64,000 nucleotides of DNA from an uncultured Acidobacteriota bacterium (lineage in GTDB: Bacteria; Acidobacteriota; Terriglobia; Terriglobales; Acidobacteriaceae). The position numbers and the translations under genes are program-made. The DNA lies in assembly GCA_963817925.1 (NCBI GenBank), contig CAWFQN010000001.1:11311-75310 (forward strand), written 5' to 3'. Every line of letters begins with the position of its first letter. Position 1 is the stretch's first letter. Below are positions 19,706-27,019 of this stretch, one piece after another. The notes beneath the pieces are model-generated. The model was given only the letters and a program-made list of their open reading frames with translations. It had not been told where the DNA came from and did not search any database.

Positions 19706-20035
19706 CTAGGGAGTGCTTGGCGGGAGCTTCCTATCTAGCTTTATCTCGCCGTTGGTCTTTTCAAAGTTGTCGATAGCACTACGAAGATTGTTACAAAAAA
19801 GCTTGGCGTTATGCCATGTAAGGGTTACCGCGGCGCGTTCCTCGGCGACTCCGACATACTTGCCTCCGGGATTGCGTGACTCTGAGCTGGTGACCATCTG
19901 CGCCAGTCTGATGCGGACATCGTCGACAGTCCACGTAATATGGGCCATGTTTGCATATACTTCAAAAATTCCATGCGGCGACTCAACCCATTCCATAGGA
20001 GCTCGCTTCGATTGATCCGTGTCCTTGTCGCCCAT
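19706..20035 (-). CDS. DUF3467-like protein
   Basis: 109-aa ORF. YANMAHITWTVDDVRIRL and AAVTLTWHNAKLFCNNLRSAIDNFEKTNGEI match the DUF3467 pattern as I recall it. Its start overlaps the upstream stop (TAATG). Confidence 0.55.
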   Translation of the reverse strand: MGDKDTDQSKRAPMEWVESPHGIFEVYANMAHITWTVDDVRIRLAQMVTSSESRNPGGKYVGVAEERAAVTLTWHNAKLFCNNLRSAIDNFEKTNGEIKLDRKLPPSTP

Positions 20036-20574
20036 TAGTTTTCACCTACTGTAGTAGAACTACATGCCATCTCCGACACTGAGGCTGGACCCTTTTTCCT
20101 GGCGAAAGCGAAGTCATCGGCTCCAAGCCCACTAGTAGCGGCAGCCATACCATCGGAGTCGACGGCTTTGCCAGCGCTGGGGTTAAGAAATGCCTCATCT
20201 TCTTCTAGGCGAGGAGACACGTCAAAAGTATCTTGCGAATAGCTGTTCTCCCAGTGCAGCATCTCGCTAAAGGGCACAAACTTCACGATCAGTCCAACCT
20301 TTAGCCCAGCAGCTATATTCGCCAATGTTTCCAGTGTTACATTCGCTGCCCCCGGAGTTTCGAACATAGAAATTCTAGATTGATGCAAACCAGTTTCACG
20401 AGCCAAGTCGCTTTGACGCGGCATAGGGGGATTCACCGATTTCATACGGAGAGCGCGAATTTGGGAGGGCACCAACACGCTTAGTTTGGCCCTAACGTAA
20501 GCGGCTCTTGAGTTTTGATTGTTGAGTAGTCTACAGATTCGGTTCGATCGTTCTCTCATCGACATTCGCCCCAT
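20035..20574 (-). CDS. XRE-family HTH protein, putative antitoxin
   Basis: 179-aa ORF with an HTH (RQSDLARETGLHQSRISMFE). Lies immediately downstream of, and overlapping, the toxin-like gene. Confidence 0.75.
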   Translation of the reverse strand: MGRMSMRERSNRICRLLNNQNSRAAYVRAKLSVLVPSQIRALRMKSVNPPMPRQSDLARETGLHQSRISMFETPGAANVTLETLANIAAGLKVGLIVKFVPFSEMLHWENSYSQDTFDVSPRLEEDEAFLNPSAGKAVDSDGMAAATSGLGADDFAFARKKGPASVSEMACSSTTVGEN

Positions 20575-21007
20575 TTCTTACTTCCCTAGCCCGCTTTAGC
20601 GCGATCTCAAGACACCTTGGGGGAGTGTAAACCTTGCCCTTGTGGAAACAGCCGATAAGAAATATCGCTTCTCTGCGTTTAGTTCCAAAAATACCAAGAA
20701 GACGTTGCTGACGGTCATCAGCGAGGAATCTCCATTCCCAAATCCCTTCTTTCTTGTGCTCGCCCTGGAGAACCTTGCTGCATCCCCAGTTGATCGGCAA
20801 CGGGGTTTTGGCATTTTGCTTCAGCAGTGCGTCAAAAATATCCTGCCCAGACTCGGATAATCCTTGATACCAAGGCTCGATGACGTTCCGCCCGTCCTCC
20901 AAATAATCGAAGAATCGCCATACATATTCACCGCCTGAAGTGCCATACGGAAATGGTATCACTTTTTTATGATTTTGCAAGCGTTTTCCTTGCACGACTA
21001 GTATCAT
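20531..21007 (-). CDS. Gp49/HigB-like (RelE/ParE superfamily) toxin
   Basis: 158-aa ORF. GIWEWRFLADDRQQRLLGIFGTKRREAIFLIGCFHKGK is the Gp49-like (DUF891) core. Confidence 0.65.
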   Translation of the reverse strand: MILVVQGKRLQNHKKVIPFPYGTSGGEYVWRFFDYLEDGRNVIEPWYQGLSESGQDIFDALLKQNAKTPLPINWGCSKVLQGEHKKEGIWEWRFLADDRQQRLLGIFGTKRREAIFLIGCFHKGKVYTPPRCLEIALKRAREVRNGANVDERTIEPNL

Positions 21008-21129
21008 TTATATATGATACACGATATGCCACGGAACCTAATCGACGGTCGATCCCAAGGAACCGTCAAAACAACAAAAGGGGCCTTTAGCGGGGCACCA
21101 TCCCCGCAAAAAGCCCCCTCATTGCTGTG

Positions 21130-21200
21130 GTGTCCCTAGCTTAAACGTAGAGCAGACGCCTCGTGATCGTTTGATGTGGGTTCGACTCCCACGGGACACC
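21130..21200 (+). tRNA. tRNA-like sequence, possibly tRNA-Thr(CGU) or a degenerate tRNA
   Basis: Perfect 7-bp acceptor stem (GTGTCCC/GGGACAC). Canonical T-arm GTGGG-TTCGACT-CCCAC. The D-loop AAACGTA lacks GG. The anticodon stem has a C-U mismatch, and the loop CTCGTGA has G37. No encoded CCA. Confidence 0.4.
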
Positions 21201-21443
21201 CGACCAAAACAGACGCCCAGCGCCAGTTTGCAACCGACGCAGGGCCATTTCAGCAGCCGGTTGAGCCGCCACCGGCCTCGAAACGCATTATCGACCTATG
21301 CCCGGAGAAAGGCAAGAGACAATAGATCAGCGGCTTTCGTCGTCGGCTGGCGGAATAACGTCCACATGATGTCGGATCAGGCAGACCGGCTCTCATCATC
21401 CCTCACCCTTCCGCGTGATGGCTTCTCTCTTTACCTTACTCAA

Positions 21444-22043
21444 TCACTCCGGCGAGTACTGCTCCTGCAGTTCGGCGTCGGCTGGGTTCGCGGTGGCGGT
21501 TAAGGCGGTGATTCCGTATTCCAGTCCTTTTTCGAAGGCCTTCAGGTTCAGCTCTCGGAAGCTTGCAGGGAACGGAATCGGCAACTGCTTTGCCGACGGC
21601 ATCGGGGTCCAGCAGGTGTGTGACTGCGGTGAAGAATCCGACCATCACGGAATTCAGCACCATGCGCTTGCCGAGCACCTCGGCGATGCGGGTGGCGGGG
21701 ACGCTGTAGACCTGAATTTCCTTACTCAGAGATCGGAAACTCGCACCAGATCCTCTTCGACAATCAGGATGCCCCCGTCTTTCAACTCGGGCACGAAGCG
21801 CACATAAGCCTCTTGCGACATTACCACGAGGATGTCCGGCTGCGTGACGTACGGGTACAAGATTGGCGAATCGGAAAGCACGAGTTGCGCGCTGCAGGCG
21901 CCGCCGCGGGCTTCCGGGCCGAAGTTCTGAGTCATGGTGGCAAACGCGCCTTGAAAAATCGAAGCGGCCTTGCCAAGGACGATGGCCGAGAGAATCACGC
22001 CCTGGCCGCCGAAGCCTGCGATACGAATTTCAGTTAGCTGCAT
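21444..22043 (-). pseudogene. 2-oxoacid:ferredoxin oxidoreductase gamma subunit, interrupted by two frameshifts
   Basis: Segment 1 (22043-21729) reads MQLTEIRIAGFGGQGV..EEDLVRVSDL and then hits a stop. The middle part, SKEIQVYSVPATRIAEVLGKRMVLNSVMVGFF..AVADSVP, is in another frame. The tail ASFRELNLKAFEKGLEYGITALTA.. is back in the first frame, with its stop at 21444. Confidence 0.8.
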
Positions 22044-22924
22044 ACCATCTCCGCCTGTTCCACGAAGCGCTCGCCCAGCGATTGGGCGAATTTCGCTCGC
22101 ATCAAGGTTTGGTAGTCGGGGCGGTCGCGGTCTACGAATTTGCCCACGACGATTTCTCCGGTCATGGTCAGGCCGACTTCGCTGGTCGGCGCGCCGTGCC
22201 GGACTTTGCTTTTTTCCTTGTAGTACTTCATGGTGTCAAGGCCATCGCCCAGCTTGTTGCGGCGCTGGTAAAGGGTGGGGCACGGCGAGATCACTTCGAT
22301 GAACGAGAAACCTTTTTTCTGGAAGGCTTCGCTGATGGAGCGCGCCAGTTGCCGTACGTGGAACGTGGTCCAGCGCGCGACATAAACTGCGCCCGCGGCT
22401 TCGACCAGGTGCGGCAAATTGAACGACGGCTCGAACACTCCGTAGGGATTCGTCGAAGTAATCGAGTCATCGGGAGTAGTGGGCGCGGTCTGCCCGCCAG
22501 TCATCGCATAGATCAGATTGTTCACGCAGATGACTTTCAGATCGATGTTGCGGCGCGCGGCGTGGATCAGATGATTGCCGCCGATGGCCGACAGATCGCC
22601 ATCGCCGGAATAGACGACGACGTTCAGTTTCGGATTCGCCAGTTTCAATCCAGTGGCGAACGGGATGGCGCGACCGTGCGTGGTATGGAAAGAATCCAGC
22701 TTGACGTAGCCCGCCACGCGGCCCGTGCAGCCGATGCCCGAGACCAGAGCCAGCGACTGCAAATCGACTTTCGATTCGATGAGCGCCCGCGCAAACGAGT
22801 TTACGGTGGTGCCGATGCCGCATCCCGGGCACCAGATGTGAGGGATGCGATCGCTGCGCAGGAACGGCTCGACCGGATTGGCGACATCGTTAATCGAAAT
22901 CTCTGGGATCAAACTGTCGCTCAT
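22034..22924 (-). CDS. 2-oxoacid:ferredoxin oxidoreductase beta subunit (TPP-binding)
   Basis: Trimmed to ATG 22924, which overlaps the alpha stop as ATGA. Has WCPGCGIG, GIGCTGR and YSGDGDLSAIGGNH. Confidence 0.9.
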   Translation of the reverse strand: MSDSLIPEISINDVANPVEPFLRSDRIPHIWCPGCGIGTTVNSFARALIESKVDLQSLALVSGIGCTGRVAGYVKLDSFHTTHGRAIPFATGLKLANPKLNVVVYSGDGDLSAIGGNHLIHAARRNIDLKVICVNNLIYAMTGGQTAPTTPDDSITSTNPYGVFEPSFNLPHLVEAAGAVYVARWTTFHVRQLARSISEAFQKKGFSFIEVISPCPTLYQRRNKLGDGLDTMKYYKEKSKVRHGAPTSEVGLTMTGEIVVGKFVDRDRPDYQTLMRAKFAQSLGERFVEQAEMVCS

Positions 22925-24078
22925 CGGCTGGCCTCCACGATTACTTTGAGAATGTCCTGCGGGTTGTGAACTCCGCCACCCGCGTGCGATACGGCAAATG
23001 TCTTCGCCCGGCCTGCGGCAGCGCGCTCTACTTCTCGCACCATCTGGCCCAGATTGAGTTCGGGGACGACGAATGCTTTCACTTTGACTGCGAGCCCGCG
23101 GATCTTGCTTTCGGGGAAGGGCCACGCGGTGATCAGTCGCAGTTTGCCGACGCACAGACCCTGTTCACGAGCGGCTTCGATGGCTCGTTGCGCCACGCGG
23201 GAGGTGATTCCGTAGGAGACAACAACGACATCGGCGCCTTCGAGTTGCTCTTCTTCGAACAGGGCAATGCGATCGGCGGCATCGCGAATCTTGCTTTGCA
23301 GACGGCGAACCAATTTGTCTTGGACTTGCGGAGTCATGTTGGGATAGCCGCGTTCGTCGTGAGTCAACCCGGTGACATGAAACTTGTAGCCTTCGCCGGC
23401 GTGCGCCATTTCCGGAACCTGGTCGCCGTTGGTTTCATAGGGGAGGTAGTCGTCAACTGACTTGCGAGTGTGGCGGCGCGGCACGACATCGATCTGGTCG
23501 GCGGGAGGAATCACCACCTTCTCGGTCATGTGCCCCACGACTTCGTCCATCATGAACATCACGGGCACGCGAAATTCTTCGGCCAGGTTGAAAGCTTTGA
23601 TGGTGAGATCAAAACATTCCTGCGGAGAATTAGGGCACAGGGCGATGATCTCATAGTCGCCATGCGATCCCCACTTTGCTTGCATCATGTCGCTTTGTGC
23701 GGGGAGCGTGGGCAGGCCGGTGGATGGTCCCCCGCGCTGTACATCGACAAACACACACGGGGTTTCGGTCATGGCGGCGTAGCCGATGTGTTCCATCATT
23801 AGAGAAAAGCCAGGGCCGGAGGTCACGGTGAATGCCTTGGCTCCGCCCCACACCGCGCCTTGCAGGGTGATCGAGGCCGCGAGTTCGTCTTCCATCTGGA
23901 TAAACGTTCCACCTACGGTCGGGACACGCGAGGCGAAGCGCTCCACGATTTCGGTGGATGGAGTAATTGGGTATCCGGCAGAAAATCGGGCGCCGGCGGC
24001 CAATGCGCCTTCGCAGCAGGCGTGGTCGCCATCGATGAAGTGAGTGCCGGTGAGCACGCCACGAGGATCGGCTTTCAT
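22921..24078 (-). CDS. 2-oxoacid:ferredoxin oxidoreductase alpha subunit
   Basis: 385-aa ORF with GDHACCEGALAAGARFSAGYPITPSTEI and VDVQRGGPSTGLPT. Confidence 0.9.
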   Translation of the reverse strand: MKADPRGVLTGTHFIDGDHACCEGALAAGARFSAGYPITPSTEIVERFASRVPTVGGTFIQMEDELAASITLQGAVWGGAKAFTVTSGPGFSLMMEHIGYAAMTETPCVFVDVQRGGPSTGLPTLPAQSDMMQAKWGSHGDYEIIALCPNSPQECFDLTIKAFNLAEEFRVPVMFMMDEVVGHMTEKVVIPPADQIDVVPRRHTRKSVDDYLPYETNGDQVPEMAHAGEGYKFHVTGLTHDERGYPNMTPQVQDKLVRRLQSKIRDAADRIALFEEEQLEGADVVVVSYGITSRVAQRAIEAAREQGLCVGKLRLITAWPFPESKIRGLAVKVKAFVVPELNLGQMVREVERAAAGRAKTFAVSHAGGGVHNPQDILKVIVEASR

Positions 24079-24362
24079 TGGTCACCTCCGCCAGCCGGAG
24101 TTACCTTGGTTGCGTAAATGGCGAAGTCGGGGCAGAACATTCCGCACAAGTCACAGCCGCTGCACTTTTCCGGATGCACCACGTGCGGTGGATGGTAGCC
24201 CTTGGAGTTGAAAGCGGAAGAGAGCGCGAGCACGTGGGTCGGACAGAACTCCACGCAAAAACCGCAGGCTTTGCAGCGCTCGACGACAACGGAAACACGT
24301 CCTTTTGCCACGGGATCTCCACCCTCGGGGCGGTAGAAAACTCCCCGAAATCTTGACGTCAT
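24075..24362 (-). CDS. 4Fe-4S dicluster ferredoxin-type delta subunit
   Basis: Two CxxCxxCxxxCP motifs (CKACGFCVEFCP, CSGCDLCGMFCP). Overlaps the alpha start (ATGA). Start is ATG 24362, or GTG 24311, which has a better RBS (GAGGGTGGAG). Confidence 0.8.
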   Translation of the reverse strand: MTSRFRGVFYRPEGGDPVAKGRVSVVVERCKACGFCVEFCPTHVLALSSAFNSKGYHPPHVVHPEKCSGCDLCGMFCPDFAIYATKVTPAGGGDQ

Positions 24363-24388
24363 TATTGCGTTGTGGCGGCGCAGCTGGA

Positions 24389-24404
24389 TGTGACAGGAGT
24401 CACG
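24389..24404. promoter_or_regulatory. CRP-type site TGTGA-N6-TCACG upstream of the oxidoreductase operon
   Basis: TGTGACAGGAGTCACG, a 9/10 match to TGTGA-N6-TCACA. It is intergenic, 27 nt from ATG 24362 and 78 nt from GTG 24311. Confidence 0.5.
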
Positions 24405-24535
24405 GACGTAGGTGAGGACGCGCACACGCTGAGGAACCGAGTTTTCCTCAGGTACAGCCTCATGGTGATAGGAGACACAATCACTTGTGCCTTTGATCAC
24501 CGCAATTGGGGAAAGGGTGGACTAAGAATTAGAGA

Positions 24536-25249
24536 GTGGTGGACGAATTGGGACCTTTTCGAGAGGAGGATGCCATGTTTGAAGCTGAGGTTGAAATGGA
24601 AAGGCGTTCAGCGTTTTTGCCGCTGCTGCTGATGGCGTGTCTGGTAACGGCGATTGTGGGTACGGTGGCGTACATCGCATTGCAGGTCCGGGCGAGAGCA
24701 CCGCTCAGTGCGCAGGAGGCGAGCGTGATCGTGGCATCGGCCCTCCAGGGACCCGGTCCCGCGGTCATTCATTTCCACACCGGTCTGGTGAAGCCCAGCG
24801 TCATTGAGAAACCGGGAGACCCTCATTATCGATTGCTGGAAAAGGCCGGCCTTGTGAAATTGGCTTCTGCACCCCGCGGCAGCGAAGTGATCTCGCTCAC
24901 TCCAGCAGGAGAACATCTGATGAGCGTGCTGCCAGGCGTCAGGAAATCGAAGGAAACGGATGGCACGTTCTCCTATCAAGTTCCCCTGGCTCAGCGCCAA
25001 CTGGTGAGCATCACTGCAGTCACCATGAGCGGAGTGAACAACGCAACCATCGAGTACACCTGGAAATGGGTACCCAACCAAATGGGAGACCTGTTTGACG
25101 CAGGCGGCTCGCTGGTGAAGGGCTTCAATCTCTGGGACCGCGAAACCCTGATCAATAAATACGAAGCTGACTTCTATCACGGGAATCCGACCAAATCGAC
25201 ATTAGCGCTAGCGCGGACCGACCAAGGATGGAGAACGTCGGCGCAATAG
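24536..25249 (+). CDS. hypothetical membrane-anchored protein
   Basis: 237-aa ORF with one TM segment (FLPLLLMACLVTAIVGTVAYIAL). No family recognised. The start is uncertain. Confidence 0.45.
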   Translation: MVDELGPFREEDAMFEAEVEMERRSAFLPLLLMACLVTAIVGTVAYIALQVRARAPLSAQEASVIVASALQGPGPAVIHFHTGLVKPSVIEKPGDPHYRLLEKAGLVKLASAPRGSEVISLTPAGEHLMSVLPGVRKSKETDGTFSYQVPLAQRQLVSITAVTMSGVNNATIEYTWKWVPNQMGDLFDAGGSLVKGFNLWDRETLINKYEADFYHGNPTKSTLALARTDQGWRTSAQ

Positions 25250-25342
25250 CGGATGAGAGTGGAAGGTACAACGTAGTCGAGCGTTAAGTTTGAGTATGCC
25301 TGGACTGAAGAAAAGACAGTCTCGGTTCTAAGGAGAAATGTG

Positions 25343-25792
25343 ATGTTTATAAAGAAACTGGCTTTAATATTTACCGCCGTAATCGTTATCACCTGCATGG
25401 TCGCCGCGCAGGACCAACCGCAGGATCAAAATCAGAAAGTGATCCAGCACTCCAACATTCAGCCCACGTCGCCCGCCTCGGGCAAGGAAATGTACACGAC
25501 CTACTGTGCCGTGTGCCACGGAACTGACGGCAAAGGCGGAGGCCCTGCTGCCACTGCGCTGAAGGTTCCTCCCACTGACCTTACTACTCTGAGCAAGAAC
25601 AACGGAGGGAAATTCCCTGCCATGAAAGTGATGTACGCGATCAGCGGCCAATCCGCTGTCCCCGCGCACGGATCCAAGGAAATGCCGGTATGGGGCTCGT
25701 TATTTTGGAACATGAGCCACGGACACGAGGGCGAGGTGCAGCAACGCGAGGCAAACCTTACCAAGTACGTTGAGTCTTTGCAGGCGAAGTAG
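25343..25792 (+). CDS. secreted monoheme class I c-type cytochrome
   Basis: ATG 25343 lies 7 nt after AGGAG. Has a signal peptide, the single heme motif CAVCHGTDGKGGG, and a distal Met region SKEMPVWG. Confidence 0.85.
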   Translation: MFIKKLALIFTAVIVITCMVAAQDQPQDQNQKVIQHSNIQPTSPASGKEMYTTYCAVCHGTDGKGGGPAATALKVPPTDLTTLSKNNGGKFPAMKVMYAISGQSAVPAHGSKEMPVWGSLFWNMSHGHEGEVQQREANLTKYVESLQAK

Positions 25793-25837
25793 TGGGTCTG
25801 GGCAGGATCTGTAAACCGGGAACTGCAAAGCCAGCCA

Positions 25838-25860
25838 GGGCACAAGCCCCGCTTGTGCCC
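25838..25860. terminator. GC-rich hairpin between convergent genes
   Basis: GGGCACAAGC-CCC-GCTTGTGCCC forms a 9-10-bp stem. No clear T tract follows, so terminator function is uncertain. Confidence 0.3.
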
Positions 25861-25929
25861 GCTCTCGCTGTTTCAGAGGATTGAGACGAGCCGTCGTGAC
25901 CGGTGGGCGTGTATTGCAAAAGTGATGTT

Positions 25930-26970
25930 CTAGTCTCCGCTAAGAATTCTCCAGGCTTCGCGGCCGGTGACCATGACGTGCTGCACACTTTTCACCGCCT
26001 TCATGTACTGCGCACGTTCGAAGGCTGAGGGATTGGGACAGCGGATCTGACTCATGCTCCCCTTCATTTGCTGCACTGAATCGTATTCGTGCTTCTCCAT
26101 CCATAACAGCAAGCCATCTTCGATGTATCGAAGATGCCTGATGCCGTTCCGCAGCAGGGTCGAGCAGAGCATGGTAACGTCGGCACCGACCATCAACAGT
26201 TTGACGACATCCTCTGGACCGTGCACGCCGCTGGTAGCTGCCAGGTTGGCTCGGATGCGGCCGGAAAGGATGCCGATCCAGGTCAGCGGAAGCCGCAGCG
26301 CTTGCGGAGTGCTGAGCAACACATTGGGCTGGATCTCCAACTCATCGAGGTTAATGTCGGGTTGATAGAAGCGGTTGAACAACACCAGTCCGTTCGCGCC
26401 CGCCTGATCGAACCGCTTCGCCATATTGGCCATATTGCTGAAAAAAGGGCTTACCTTCACCGCGACGGGAATCGTCACGACCGACTTCACCGCCTTGAGA
26501 ATGTCGAGATATTGTTGCTCGACTGCAGCGGAGGTGAGGTCAGGATCGGTGGGAATGGAGTAGATGTTACATTCCAGGGCGTCCGCTCCGGCCTGCTCGA
26601 TCTGCTTGGCATAATTCGTCCATCCGCCAACCGTGCTCCCGTTTAGGCTCGCGATAATGGGCACCGATACTGCTTCCTTGGCACGGCGGATGTGATTTAG
26701 ATATCCCTCGGGACCCAAGTGGAATTCAGCCGGCTGCGGGAAAAATGAGGCGGCCTCGGCGAAGCTGTCTGTCCCTTCCGCCAGATGATGTTCCAGTTCG
26801 AAGCTTTCCTGCCGCAACTGCTCCTCGAACAGCGAATACAACACCACGGCGGATGCGCCTGCCTCTTCGAGATGGCGTATGCCGTCGAGGTCTTGCGATA
26901 GTGGCGATGCGGAAGCGACCAAAGGCGTGCGGAGCCGCAAACCGAGGTAAGTGGTGCTTAGATCGATCAT
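25930..26970 (-). CDS. dihydroorotate dehydrogenase-like (class 1 DHOD fold) protein
   Basis: Trimmed to ATG 26970, preceded by AGGAGG. Starts MIDLSTTYLGLRLRTPLVASASPL, with VAVKVSPF and GLVLFNR. Lies 49 nt downstream of nifJ. Confidence 0.8.
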   Translation of the reverse strand: MIDLSTTYLGLRLRTPLVASASPLSQDLDGIRHLEEAGASAVVLYSLFEEQLRQESFELEHHLAEGTDSFAEAASFFPQPAEFHLGPEGYLNHIRRAKEAVSVPIIASLNGSTVGGWTNYAKQIEQAGADALECNIYSIPTDPDLTSAAVEQQYLDILKAVKSVVTIPVAVKVSPFFSNMANMAKRFDQAGANGLVLFNRFYQPDINLDELEIQPNVLLSTPQALRLPLTWIGILSGRIRANLAATSGVHGPEDVVKLLMVGADVTMLCSTLLRNGIRHLRYIEDGLLLWMEKHEYDSVQQMKGSMSQIRCPNPSAFERAQYMKAVKSVQHVMVTGREAWRILSGD

Positions 26971-27019
26971 CGTTCCTCCTGGTATGCGAGACGTTGCAAG
27001 CAACGTCTCTACCGCTGTC

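Noticed and set aside
18960-21200. tRNA-targeted integrative element hypothesis for the islet
   Set aside because: There is no integrase or recombinase gene. I found no direct repeat of the tRNA-like 3' end at the left boundary. The islet also lies on the 5' side of the tRNA-like sequence.
21863-22969. 368-aa plus-strand ORF
   Set aside because: It is antisense to the oxidoreductase beta and gamma genes and has no recognisable domain.
22925-23155. Long N-terminal extensions of track ORFs (also 26971..27231, 24363..24500, 16349..16423, 31805..31900, 37639..37701, 48518..48586, 30650..30700, 12164..12256)
   Set aside because: The extensions are Arg-rich or overlap upstream genes. Internal ATGs with RBSs or ATGA/GTGA coupling give proteins that start where the family alignments start.
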